A DNA stretch of 61,415 nucleotides, filler included, from Basidioascus undulatus (taxonomy: Eukaryota): assembly GCA_000826855.1 (NCBI GenBank). It is 11 parts of 11 records of this genome, joined end to end, with 100 filler letters (N's around TTAATTAATTAA, not from the genome) between each part and the next. Parts side by side here need not be neighbours in the genome. Positions count along the whole stretch, not along the records: positions 1 to 24,540 come from JTLS01000237.1; positions 24,641 to 28,238 come from JTLS01002370.1; 9 more parts are not named here. One strand, given 5' to 3'. The notes under the pieces are model-generated. The model searched no databases and had not been told where the DNA came from. It saw only the letters and a list, made by a program, of their open reading frames with translations. Below are positions 12,145 through 26,560 of this stretch, in pieces. The position numbers and the translations under genes were made by a program. Position 1 is the stretch's first letter. Each line of letters begins with the position of its first letter.

Positions 12145-14610
12145 TCAGAGCTTGCTCGCCCGCTTCAACCCCCCATACACAATCTCCGCATCTCTCTCAC
12201 CCCCCTTGCCCTGAAGCACGCGCTCGACCTCCCTTTCCAGTTCCCTCAGCCCCATGTCCTCCACCCAGCGTCTCCGCACCTCCTCTTCAACTTCCAGCTC
12301 CGGCCGTCCCTGCGCGCACACCCACGCGACGTGCTCGCCGAGGCTTGCCGCCGCTGAGACGTGGCCGAGCAGGTTCAGCAGTGGGCGGGCCAGCGTCGCG
12401 GGCGGGTCGGCGTGTTGAACGGCGCGATGGAGTAGGCCCAGCGCGGTCGTGGAAGTGCCAATGTGCGGTGCCGCCCACTGCGGTGGTTTTAGAGGGGTGC
12501 GTGAGACGTTGAAACGAAAGGCCGGGGACGGACCTCAATTAAGATCTGCATGGCTCGGCCCTTCGACTTCTTGAGAACCCTCATCATGTCAAGCGCCAGG
12601 ACATTTTGAGTTCCTTCAGGGTCAAAAAATGAGCTTGGGATAGCGGGGGATTGCGAATACGCAGAGCGTACCTTCCCAGACTCTCTCGACCATGCAGTCA
12701 CGAATGAGTCTGCAATGCCACCGTCAGTCAACATCTCGGCTGTTTGCACGAGACAGGCCAGACGCACCTTCCGATTCCCGTCTCCTCCATGTACCCTTGA
12801 CCCCCGCACGCCTCCAAGCACTCCTCCATCCCGCCCGTCGCGCGGCCAGCCGCGAAAGCCTTCACAACGGGCGTCAAAAGCCTGAGCCTTTCCTCCTCCT
12901 CCTCACTCGCCCGCCCCGTCTCGCTCAGTCCCAGCAGATGCACCACCCCAAACACGAGATGCAGCAGTGCGCGGCAGAGGACCTCGACCCGCGCGAGCGT
13001 GGCGGTGTGCAGCGCGTTCTCGGCCAGCAGGCCCGTCGCGATCTGCCGCGTCTGTGCGTGCGCGGCCGCGATGTCGAGCGCGCGACGGAGCCCGGAGACG
13101 GACACGACGGCGGAGTGGACGCGCGTTATGTTTAGGATGGGGCTGATGCTCGCGACGCCCCGGCCGGGAGGGGAGAGGAGGTAGCCGACGGTGTTGCTGA
13201 GCTGGAGTTCGGCGGTGGGCAGCGTCTGAAGGCGTCATGCCTGTCAGAATACAATGCTGCAAGGAGCCGCGGAGGAAAATGCGAACCTTGGTACCAAACT
13301 TGTTCTTGAGCCGATGTACCCTGATCCCGTTAAGCTGGCCCGCCTCGTCGCGCATAGGGACGAGGAAGAGGCTGAGGCCGCTGTTGCCGGGACCGCCAGT
13401 GCGAGCCAGGACCACAGCGACGTCCCCATCCGTCGCAGATGAGAACCACTCTGTCGCCCACCGTTTATCAGAGAACAGCAATTGTCTCGGGAAAGAGGAA
13501 GAACGCACTGAATCCTGAAAGCGCATACGCATCGCCGATCTTCGGCTTACCCGACGAGGTCAACAGCGGTACCGCAGTGGTCTCCGTGTCGGCTACAGAC
13601 GAGCCACCGGGTCGCTCAGTCATCTGTATCGGCTTAGGAATGAGCTTAACATAAATGTAAAGCAAATGCTGGTGTCCGCACCCATTGTCCGGCAGTATAA
13701 GCGACGTCCGGGTTACGGCTGCGTGGCAATGTGTCAGTTGACTGCCTTTTTCTCGGCGTTGACGAAGCCGGTCACCGACCTGATCAAGCGAGAGAGGTAT
13801 TTATCCTTTATCTCGGGTGTTCCCAGCAGCTCGAGGACTGCAGAGCCAAACATTTCAGCAGCAAGGCGAAGGAGCAGAAGAGCAGCTGCATTCACGCACT
13901 TCGTGCAGCTCCGTCCGTCATCGCCATCGGGCATCCGACAAGACGGGCGTCGGGTGACCAGATGTAGGTCTGTTTCCAATTGGTAAACCCAATGGTAAGT
14001 GGTAAAGGGACACAGAACAGACCTTCGCGAATCCAAAAAGGCGAGACGCAGCGCCTTCGCGTCTGGCGTAGAAGATCTCCGCCAGCCTGCCACCGGGACC
14101 CAGAGACGAGATGTTGACTCAGCGCTGTGTATCCCATACAATCAAGAAGTACCGCGCACCCTTCTTCAGCAGCCACCCTCTTCAGCGCCCTCCACCCCTC
14201 GCTCGTCCACAGCCGATCCACCCGGCGCCCCCAATTATCGTACTGCGTAAGCTTCGGCTCCACATCCGTCGGCCCATCGCAAGCCAGTACTCTCTCCGAT
14301 ATAGCTTCACCCATCAAACACCAACAAACCCTCAGCTTTCTCCTTTCACACAGCACAACGACAGAACGTACGACCACGCAAGTCTCGCGAGAAGCGGTGC
14401 AGTTCTTGCGCGATCGACGGGAGGTGCTCGGGCGGTATGAGACGCGCGAGGAGCGATTGGAGGGCGGGGTCGGAAGCGTATGCTCCACAGGGAGGGAGAG
14501 CGGGGACGTCCTGGTAGCCATGCAGGGTGAGTGAGTTTGGGGGGCGGTGAGGAGACGAGGTCGATGCAATGGGGGGAACGGACGAATTGGAAGCCTTCTT
14601 CGATGCGCAT
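12145..14610 (-). CDS. AidB-like acyl-CoA dehydrogenase with C-terminal PTS1 (SKL)
   Basis: MRIEEGFQ, LTQYDNWGRRVDRLWTSEGWRALK, CPMAMTDGAAR, MTERPGGS, WFSSATD, HRLKNKFGTK, LRLLTPVVKAF, GGQGYMEE; ends VYGGLKRASKL*. Confidence 0.92.
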
Positions 14611-15084
14611 CGGTGAGTTTGAAATGCTAGTGATAGAGTGAAGTGAGTTTTTGATGAGGAAGACGTAGTGAGTGCGTGGAAGGAAGAGTACTCGCGGACG
14701 CAAAGGTTGCTATCGAAAGTGTCAGATGACCCGGACCGGCGTTTGTGTCGCCGGGCTTCCCGTCGCCCTGTCTTCATGGAGAAGCAGTACGCCTGGGCAT
14801 CTCACACGCTATGCATGCCAAAGTAGAGATGCTGAGCGGTGGAATCTTGCAAACGGGATCGGCAGCTCAAGCGCCGTATTCACAGGGGCACAGTAGGTCG
14901 GATGCAGAAGACGGCTGCGGCTTGGAAGACTTGCTGAGAGCTCCACTCAAAGAGGAGATAGCTTTCAAGTCCAAAATGCAACAAGCCACTCTATGCAATG
15001 TCATGCGGCGGTATACAAAGTGCAAAAATACGACATGAGAAGTGTCCGTCCGAGAGAAAGCGAAAAAAAGAGTGCGCGGGATGA

Positions 15085-16146
15085 TCAGGCGAAGACTGAC
15101 GCGTCCTCGCCGGTGAAGATCCATGCCTCCCGGAAATAGATAATGCCTGGGGAAGGACGTATCAGGTATTGTTCGCGTTGAGCGATAGCAAGGAGGAATT
15201 CGCACCGAAAATGAGGAAGAGGACGGCCCCGCCGAAAGTGACTGGAAAAAGGCGTCAAGATGTAAGCTGGCCATTTCTGGGTGATTAGGGGATAGAGCGT
15301 GAAGGCACCGTTCTTGATCGAGATGTGACATGCCAACCACCGGCCGCCCACAACAGCGAGGGCGGTACAGCAGCCGTGCCCGACAACGGTTCCCAACGTC
15401 ACGACTCGCCAGCCCTGGCCACTCGGGGCGTTCAGTCAGCCCTGACCTCCCAGTACAGCAAGAAACACCACCATACTTACATGAGCAGCTGCAAGAGCTA
15501 TGGTAGAGATCTGGGACCGGTCGCCCCACTCGCCGAGGAAGGTCAAGACGAACGCCTGGACGAAGACGGGGCTGAGCACCGCAGCCGCGACCTCCCGGAC
15601 GCCCTCCACGCCGCCCTTCTTCCTCCTGCCGCCCTTGAGGCTCGGGCTGCCCAGCCCGCCCGCAACGCCGCCCTCCATGTCGCGCATCTCGACCGGCGTG
15701 CGCGCCCCACGGGCGCCTTGGTCGATCTCCTCCATCGCCTCTTGCATTTCCTCCTCCATCTCCTTGCTCCCGCCCTCCATCCCGCGCGCCTCCTGCAGCA
15801 TCTTGAGCCCGAACGCGAGGAAGAGCAGCGCCGCGGCGTACTGCGTCCACAGCTTCGGGATGAGCGCAGGGAGTAGCTGCCCCATCAGGGAGGACAGCAG
15901 AGACATCGCGGCGAGCGCGGCGAACGCGCCGCCGAAGACGACGAGCTGCGGGTTGCGCATGGCGAGGATAGCGGCTGGAAGTGTACCCGAAATCAGTTCT
16001 TCTCGGTGCCGCCAATCCGCAGCGAAGCAAGTGGACGGACCGATGAGAAACGTCTTGTCGCCGAGCTCGCTGACGATAATCATCGCGAACGACTGCCACA
16101 GCGCCGCGCCATTCATGCCCGCGGTGACTGCGCCATCGGAGGCCAT
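15085..16146 (-). CDS. GDT1: UPF0016 family Ca2+/Mn2+ transporter (Gdt1/TMEM165)
   Basis: Two family motifs, SELGDKTFLI and FLGEWGDRSQISTIALAA, plus GHGCCTALAVVGG. Confidence 0.95.
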
Positions 16147-18149
16147 GCTTGATATGGCGGTAAAAGGGGAGGGAACAAGTGGGGCGGAGGGGCAAGGAAG
16201 AGGGAAGACGGCACGTCGCCCCAGCGCCAGCGGCAACGCGCCGACACGCTCGTGAGATAGTCTTACGTGGCCATACCCTGGCCTGTTCCTTCTTTTCGAG
16301 CGGACCGCCAGATCCATGGGTGGGACAATGTTGTATCGTTATTGACAAAGGAATATCCATAATCTTTACATGTGGTCAGATTAAGAGTCAACTTGGGGAC
16401 GTTCGCAGTTTCCGGCAGTAAACGCTGGCCTGCATTCGATGGCCCCTGGCACACATCTATCTAATGCGTCGAGTCAACCCCTTCTTGCATTCTAGTCAAG
16501 AAGAAAGGGACTGAGGTGTTTTAATTGCACTCCCACTATTTCCGGGCTTTGAGGACTGGTAAGAAACCCTCTATTCGAGGCGGTCGGCAACCTCAATACC
16601 GTCGTTTAAGCACCGCTGCAGCCTCTACATCGAAACTTTCGTGATATTCGGCTATTTGAAGCCTATTGGTGTCCAATTCGGCTCATTGACAATGAATCAA
16701 AGACAGGTTCACGAAGAATAAGCGTCCACGGGCGCTGCAGTGTGTTACGCAGCAAACCAGCGTTATTGATTGGAAGTGGGTAAAAGCTGCAGGAAGGTGC
16801 TGCACCGTTGCGCCCCTGGCGGCAGCAAAACTGCTTGAACCGTGAATCCAACACGGGGCGGGTCGAATTCGAATGGCAACGACCCAGGTTACGACTACCC
16901 CACCCAAGCTTCATTAACCTATTCGCTTCTTTATCTTGTGATGGGAACGTGAAACCATCATGCGTTCCGCTCATGACATGACCACGCCAGAAAGACTTCC
17001 TGCGACAACTCAGTCAATGTGGGTCAGGAGTCGACCTAAGTATTTGCTTCATAACATACGATTGATTCTTGCGGTTCACATTGGTCTCGCCCAATGTGCT
17101 TGCAAGCGCACCGCCCCTTGTTCGTACGTTTGCAGTAGTAGGTGCGCTCCCGGCTGTGCAAATGATTTGTGATATATACAGTTTCTTGAAGGTGGGCAGT
17201 CTTATTTGTGAGCCCATACGCTTCTGTGATCATAGTAAGAAATCTTTTAGACTGTGTCAGCGACGTCGAAGCGGTGTAAGTTCACGTTCACGTACGTTCA
17301 TGCTGGGAGCTCACTACGTAAGACATGACTTCGTCGCTCACCACCCCTTGATGCTCAACCTCCAACCAACCGTCCCTTTCTCTCCTCCCCATTTATCTGT
17401 TTCTCCTCTTCCTTCTACTCACCACAGCTCACGCTCATCACGCTCGAAACCAATCTGCTTTCCTTCGGCAGACGATCCTCAACCCTCTCCTCTCTCCCGC
17501 TTCTCATCATTCACTCCCGCTGCGCTTGGCTCGCTCACTTCGCTAGACTATGTTTCAACCTTCACACAGCGGGACCATTGCTCTGGGATCGAGGTACGAT
17601 CAAGGTGTGTTCACTCCTTTTTCTTTCTGACTCGGAACGGCATTTGACTCGCCTGGGCGCTGGTCGTCCGGCTCGGCAGAATGGAAGTGCGACCAATGTG
17701 CGTTTAGTCCCTCATCATGTCAATGGTTAGGGGCGATCTGGAACGTAGCTGACTGGGATGGATCACCTGTGAATACAGCCACCTCAGCATCTTCTCTACG
17801 CCGCTCGCCTCTCCCCTCGTGTGGGCGACACACTGACTCGTTTCAGTCCAGCCGTCTGCAATGGGTGCGCTCCGAGTACTCTTCCGTCCATTGCCGCGCA
17901 GGCTGAGGTGGCGGCCTCAGGACTCTTTTCACGCTCTTCGCTCCTACTTGCCATTCCCGCCTCCAACCTTGGCTGCTCGTCCGGACGCACAGCATCTAGC
18001 TCTCATCATTTGTGCGTCGTTCACTTCACGTTCGCGCTAGTCTGTGGTTTCTTTCTCACTGCTTTCCTCCCTGCATTCGGACCCCATCCGCCCACTCCGT
18101 CGTCCTTCTCCTCTATCAATTCACTGTAACCCCAGTACACATTCATTCA

Positions 18150-19400
18150 ATGAACACCGGGCCCGCCCGCCGTACCTCATCAAGTTCCCTCGGAACGTGC
18201 TCGTTTATGATGCCACAGGGGATGTTGTCGCCGGTCAGTCAAAATATTGGATCGCACGGACCGCCGGAAAGCTCACTCGCTCTCCGGTTTACAGGGATCT
18301 GGCAGTCGGAGCATGCGTTCGGCTGGTCCAAAGCGCAGTTCTACGACGCTCTCGACATATGCTTCGACAGCGCCCCCCAATGGTGGCTCCGTCGCAGGAG
18401 TGATGGCGCTATTATCCAGCGGAACAGCTCAGCTAAGCTCAGGCCAGCGAGGATTGCGACGTTTACAATCAAGGTGGACCCTGTCTCTTTCGACTTTATT
18501 TCGACTTTCTGGATCAGCAGCAGTACTGATGCGGATAGGTGGGTGCGTAGCCGGACCGGTTCCGGTCACTTTGAGCACCGAGCGGCATATTCAGGGCACG
18601 AAGACACCGTCACCGTCCTCGACAACAGATGTACGCTTTGCTCTTCCTTGTACGCCTTTACGATGACCTGAACGTTACTTCTTGATTGTCGTCCAAGTTC
18701 CCGGAAGATGTGAAGAACCGTGACGAGCGGTGCATCCTCACGGTTCGATCGGCGCCGTTTCATGTTGGCCTGCAGGCGGCGCACATCATGCCTGCGAATA
18801 AGCCTCACCTCGTACGGCCCACTTCATGTTTCTTGCTCCCTCATGGAGCACGTGTACCTACTTTTCATAGGTGGTGCTGCGGCAGATTTCGCCGTACGAA
18901 CACCTTCTGACGGACACGCGAACCCGTTCGGTCGACCCATTCACTCGATCCAGAACGGTGTCACGATCGACGGCGGTCTTCACACAGCATGGGACTACTG
19001 TCACGTCTCTATCAACCCTTACGCACGTTTGCATGATTGCACTGTGCATATGCCAACAGTTTTGCTGACTATCCTACGCATTTCAGGATAACAACCGCAT
19101 CACGTTCTTCACAAGCGTCGGCGAGGGATATTGTCACATCGACGGCACCTCTCCTCCTACGACAACTGTCAAGTCGCCGCTTGGAAGCGGTCGCACCCCA
19201 GCCTTCTCCGGTGGCACTACGAGCAGGCGGTTTTGGGTCACGTCCGGGGCGCAGGCGAAGTGAGGAATCCGCAGTGGGACGAGGACTTTGAGGCTGGTGG
19301 GAAGCTGGACTTGTCGGACGCGACGTGTAGCAGCGGGCACGACAAGCAGCTGTTGGAGATGCAGCTGGCAGGGCGGTTGAGTGATGTAGCTACTAACTGA
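18150..19400 (+). pseudogene. Fungal HNH-endonuclease domain gene with apparent frameshifts (pseudogene or sequencing error)
   Basis: RNVLVYD..VVAG|IWQ, VKNRDERCILT, LQAAHIMP, IHSIQNGVTIDGGLHTAWD..VSINP and LLRWHYEQAVLGHVRGAGE. About three -1 shifts are needed to join these segments. Confidence 0.75.
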
Positions 19401-19945
19401 TTGGGCTGTCGTGATTGATATTCGTTTGTCTCCTGAAACGTTGTCTCCTGAAACGTTGCTGTGCACTTGTTAGCGCCTGCCTCCTTTCACTGTGCCATCG
19501 GCTGCAACGAGCATACCTAGTCGTCGCTAAGTCCCCTCATTTTCAATATGTAGTATTGATTGTTTGCAGAAATAAATTCCACAACAGCTGTACGGCCGCC
19601 TGTCGGGAATGGGTGCATGTCCATAAACACCATCTTGCGCACTGCCGCTCACACTCGCAGCGAGCGCGCACGCAATCCCCTTTGCAGTCTGATGCAACCC
19701 CGTACTTGTGCAGCTGATCACGTCCACAAGCTCTGACAGCCCACTGACGTATTCTCGTCTGCGATATCCGCTTAGACAACATACTGTCCAAAATAAAAAA
19801 GCTCATCATCCCAGCAAGTATCGCGTCTTCCCGCAGCGGCTTAGGCATCAGTCAGCACTGCGTGTCGTGCATCCTTCAAAACGTCGCGTAAGACGACACG
19901 CTCTGCCCCAACTTCCCCATTTCCATCAGCGCCAACTCGAGCATC

Positions 19946-21962
19946 ATGGCCCCCTCCGTCTCCGACCTCCGCCCCGCCGTGAACGCCATCGCCGACACTG
20001 TCACGCCCAGCCCGAAAATCAAGAAGGGCGTTCCCCTCCCCCCTCCGGCCGCCCGTGCACGGCTCGAAAAGGCGGGCATAGACTACACGGAGGGATACCC
20101 TTACTGTGCGCTCCCCCTCCTTCCTTCCCCGGGGAGCGCACTGCTGATGGGAGAGAGATAAAGACCCCACCAAACCCAAGTACAAGCAGGAAGTCGCCCA
20201 GATCCGCGCGGAGGAGCGCGTGCACAACGACCCAGGCTTGAGGGCCGACCCGGAGAAGAAGGCGCTCTTTGGAGCGGCGAAGGAAGTCCGCGATTTGACG
20301 ATCCATATCGGTGAGTCACAAGTAGTCAATCTGATGACAGTAAGGTCGCTAACGTGCTATGTTTTCAGGCACTGAGATCGTCGGACTGCAGCTCAAGCAC
20401 CTGACGGACAGCAGAAGGACGAGCTCGCGCTGCTCATCGCTGAGCGCACCGTCGTGTTCTTCCGAGGTGCGGGCTTCTGTCCCGCTTAATCCTTCAAACA
20501 CAGCGCTGATAGCAGCGGTGAGACGACAGACCAGGACATCAGCCCGCAGCAGCAGAAGGCGCTGGGCGAGTACTTCGGCGTCATTGAGGTCCACCCGCAG
20601 GCGCCGCAGGTCCCGGGTGTGCCGGGCGTGGTACGTTTTCCACTACACCGCCTCAAGAGAACGCATCTGATGATAGGACATTCGAGTGCAGTCCCTCATC
20701 TGGGACGAAGCCCAGCGGCACCTCGGCGACCAAGGTCGCTCGGGCTTCCTCGACAACCGTACCTTCCGGCTTGCGTACCCGAGTGTGCGTACTCAATCCC
20801 CCATCTGCCTTCCCCAATGAAATCTTACAATAGCTTTCCACACACAGGGCAGCGCCGGTTGGCACACCGTGCGTCCCCCCCTTGGCCGCTTGTCCCGTCC
20901 TGAAAGCCGCTGACAACTGCGACTGGGACGACTGCAGGACCTCGTGCACGAGCCGTACCCCCCCGGCGTGACGCACCTGCACCAGGACACGGTGCCGGAG
21001 GTCGGGGGCGATACGCTCTGGGCTTCGGGATACGGCGCGTATGACAAGCTCAGTCCGCAGTTCCGCAAGCTCATTGACGGGCTGAATGGCGTGTATCGGA
21101 GCGCGCACAAGGTGGGTTTGCTCGTGGGGCGAAGTTCGGAAGACGGACAGCTGATAGTGGGTACGGGGGAGATAGTATCTGGATGAGGAGAACCCCGATG
21201 CTCCGCCTGCGCACGTCGAGCGGATCCACCCGCTCGGTGCGTTTGTCCTTTCAAGGCTGCGTGGAGGCATCACTGACACTGCCCTCTTCCCCCCCACCCC
21301 CCCGCGACAGTTCGCACTCACGTAAGCCTCCAACCCTTCCTTCCTTCTCTTTCTCCACGCTGATTCTAAATCTTTCGCGATTTATAGCCCGTGACCGGCT
21401 GGAAGAGCCTCTTCGTGAATCGCTCGATGACAGAGCGCATCGACGGGCTCGACAAGGCCGAGAGTGACCTCATCCTCGGCTACCTATTTGACACGATCGA
21501 GAGGCACGAGGAGAACAAAGTCCGGTGGCACTGGACTCCGGGGACTTCGGCTCTTGTGAGTCTCTCCATTATGCGCTTTTTGCAGTGAGGCAGAGGCTGA
21601 ACTCAGCTGGGCACGCAGTGGGACAACCGCATCTCGGTGAGTTTACTCGTGTACATTTGCAAGACATTGATGAATTGAACTGACCGCTTGACATTATGGC
21701 GGCAGGTGCACACTGTTTCGTGGGACTACGGTGCGTCTTTGAGGTGACAGCGGGGCGGTAAGCCAAACTTATCAACTTGCGGCTGTTACAGAGGGCAAGG
21801 GCCCCCGCCACGGCACCCGCGTGGTGAGTCTCATCTCCTTAATTTTTATTGAGTTGGGTACTATGCTGACGAGGTGTTGCTCGCCAGTCCTCCCTCGCCG
21901 AGAAGCCCTACTTCGACCCGAACTCCAAGAGCCGCCGCGAGGCGCTCGGTCTGGGGCCGTAA
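19946..21962 (+). CDS. TauD/TfdA family alpha-ketoglutarate-dependent (sulfonate) dioxygenase, Jlp1-like
   Basis: DLTIHIGTEIVGLQL, ELALLIAERTVVFFR, WHT|DLVHE, GGDTLWASGYGAYDKLSP, PVTGWKSLFVNR, WDNR and RHGTRV. One apparent 1-nt deletion near 20410. Confidence 0.93.
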
Positions 21963-22303
21963 GCGGACACCGCCGAGTCGAACAGTGGGAAGGACTGGTG
22001 TCCTCAAGTGTTTCTGTTGCATTTTGGGATTTGAGGCAAGAGAAGAGTGATGTGAAAGAATCCATGTGCTGCTTAGCTTGCTCGCTCGACTGTCGGTGCA
22101 GCCTGACTGTTGCCCATGGTTTGCATATTTTTGCTTAAACCACACTGTCTTCACCGTGTAACGGAAAGAAATTCCAAGAAGAAACAACTGCGTTTTTCGT
22201 ATCAATGTTGGTAGGGTATATGTACGTGATTACCCTGTTTGTAACGCCAATCCGATGGACGCTCTGTCTTTCTACCCTGGATGGCAGCATCAAGTTCGGA
22301 ACT

Positions 22304-22394
22304 GTCCGACTGCTTTAAACACCTTCAATTCGGTGAGTTCCTTTGAGAAGTCCGACTGCTTTGAACGCCTTCAATGCGCTGAGTTCCTTTGAGA
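22304..22394. repeat. Two imperfect direct copies of a 46-bp unit
   Basis: gtccgactgctttaaacaccttcaattcggtgagttcctttgaga is followed by gtccgactgctttgaacgccttcaatgcgctgagttcctttgaga. Confidence 0.9.
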
Positions 22395-22575
22395 TAAAAA
22401 ATGGAAGATGTTAAGATTTTTTTGCACTGTAATTATCTTTTCTTATTGCACTTTCCGTGTTACGTAAGTACCTAACCTGCGACCGCGAGGCGTGCTTGGA
22501 AGTCGGCGGCGCGGTCGCCGGCTCTCATCAACGAGCGCCACACCGCGCTTCTCATCGTCCTCACCGCCGTCCATC

Positions 22576-24540
<1,965 letters not shown>

Positions 24541-24640
24541 NNNNNNNNNNNNNNNNNNNNNNNNNNNNNNNNNNNNNNNNNNNNTTAATTAATTAANNNN
24601 NNNNNNNNNNNNNNNNNNNNNNNNNNNNNNNNNNNNNNNN
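24541..24640. other. Artificial contig linker
   Basis: N44-TTAATTAATTAA-N44, which places stops in all six frames. Confidence 0.98.
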
Positions 24641-25165
24641 GCCCTCGCCCTCTCCCAAACGAACTACGTCCTCTTCGCGCGCCTCCTCTCCGATTCCGAC
24701 TCATCCTACGACTACTTGACGAAAATGTTCAGCACGATGATCCTTGAGCAGACCGGCCCGCTCTACTACGACTACTCCGGCCTGTCAACGACGACCATGC
24801 CCGTCAAGCCGGCGCCCCCACCCGACTATGCCTGATCCTCCCTCTTTTCGCTGTGTCTTCTTTGCTATTTTCTTCTTGTTGATTTATTACTCTCGCAGAT
24901 GCGATGCTTGCATATTTGGACAATATTTTATAGAAGCTGTACCCTAAAGCGGCAATGATAGATACGACTCTGAGAAAGTTTTCTGGGGTCAGGCACTGCT
25001 TCCAAGGTACCAACCACGCCAGAAGCGCGTGGGGCACGACGATCACTGATCTCGCCTATCGCTCGAATATGCCGTCGCCTTCAAGATCAAATTGCATGGA
25101 TTTGCGCGCCGGGCCTCTCGTGCACCGAAAACGGGAACCTGCGTCGACCCCCGGTCGAGCCGCCC

Positions 25166-25770
25166 TGAGGGCCGTACGTGCCTCTTTTGCAATGGCAGTG
25201 CGAGGAGGCGGCAGATTGGCTGGTCTGGGAAGGGAGGTGGGTGTCTCGTCAAGTGACGGATGGGGTTAGCCGGTGCAGCGTGTACAAGGCAGTGTGCATA
25301 CAGGCCCAGAGCAAGGTGCTCTAGGCGCTGGCGGGGGGAAGACACCCTGTTACTGCTGCTGCGATCTTGGCTTCCTGCCAGCATGGGTATACCATTGACA
25401 AAAGTGCTGTGGGTGGGAGGGGGGTTGGGTGCTGAATCTGTACACGCGCACGCAGCTCCTCAAACCCCAAACGCGCCGCCTTCTCCTGCGTGACTACGGC
25501 CGACACGACCTCGCGCAGCTGCGAATGAAGAAGCACCGGCTGCAACCCGAGAACTTCTACTACCGGGGCGACGGGACGCGTGTCTACTTCGCGCTCGGTT
25601 TGTCGCCTCCCAGTCTCACCTTTCTCTGGTTTCCCATCACGGACACTGACACCTTCACACTCATGCCCCTGTGCAGAACTCTACTCAACATTCATCGGCG
25701 TAGGCCTGTTCGACGTCGAGGACCTGAGCACCGACCGCCGGCTGGCCGTGAACCGCAAGCTCGTGCTGAA
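25166..25770 (+). repeat. Dispersed repeat / degenerate gene-family copy, homologous to 53345-53934 (minus)
   Basis: Long collinear similarity, e.g. gcccagagcaaggtgctctaggcgctggcggggg and tgtacacgcgcacgcagctcctca are shared by both copies. Confidence 0.9.
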
Positions 25771-26371
25771 CATCTCGACTTTGAAATCGCCACGTGCCCG
25801 GCGCAAATCACAGGTGACACGGCCAATCACGGGAAGGGACATCGTTGGAGCACGGGCCTCGTCACAGGAAAAAGACGTCGAGATAGATTTGGAAGGGCGC
25901 AGTGGCAGCCCCTTTGCTACACTACATCGAGGTGGGCAACACTAGCCTAGCAAGACAGCTCGTTGCACTGGGCGCACGAGGTGCGATAGCCGTAGTCGCA
26001 GCAGACGCCGCTGTTGTTTCACTCGTAGACGTGCGACTTGGGGCAGCCGATGCCCGAGCCGCAGCTCTGGTACTGTCCGTGGCCGGGATCCTTGCAGCCC
26101 CTGGCCTGGAGGTTGGATTTGGCCTTGGGCCGAGGAAGGTCTTCGGACCTGGGCTGCGGGAGGTTTTCAGACCTGGGCTGCTGGAGGCAAGCACCCTCTC
26201 CAGATACTCATCTGCACCCGCAGCGCTCCAAGCAGTACTTCCTTTCTCTCCAGCTCGACTTTTAGCGACGCCTGGTACGTTTCGTGACTTACTACCGCTT
26301 TGAGATTTTCATCGGCTAACGGAGGGTGTCTCGCGCACGACTCGATTACCTCTGGTTCGGGCACAGACAAT

Positions 26372-26560
26372 ATGAAGTTCACGACCACGGCAGTGCTCGC
26401 ATTCGGCCTCATCGCCAGCATGGCGGTCGCGGAGCCCATGTTGTGCTGGACAGTTGACGGGGACTCCTTACCATGCGAAGGGTGCCCGTTTTATACCTTT
26501 CGACACGCGGGCTGGTCATCTCATCGAACAAACATGTGCTGTGCTGTATGTATCATCTGA
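26372..26560 (+). CDS. Candidate small secreted Cys-containing protein; downstream exons uncertain
   Basis: Signal-peptide-like MKFTTTAVLAFGLIASMAVA followed by EPMLCWTVDGDSLPCEG. Confidence 0.45.
   Translation: MKFTTTAVLAFGLIASMAVAEPMLCWTVDGDSLPCEGCPFYTFRHAGWSSHRTNMCCAVCII

Noticed and set aside
14867..16360. 497-aa minus-strand ORF, and many similar long Arg/Pro-rich ORFs
   Set aside because: These are off-frame or antisense shadows of real GC-rich genes (here GDT1).
7192..21962. Amidase, acyl-CoA dehydrogenase and TauD dioxygenase as a metabolic gene cluster
   Set aside because: They are interspersed with unrelated genes, and there is no shared pathway, regulator or backbone enzyme.
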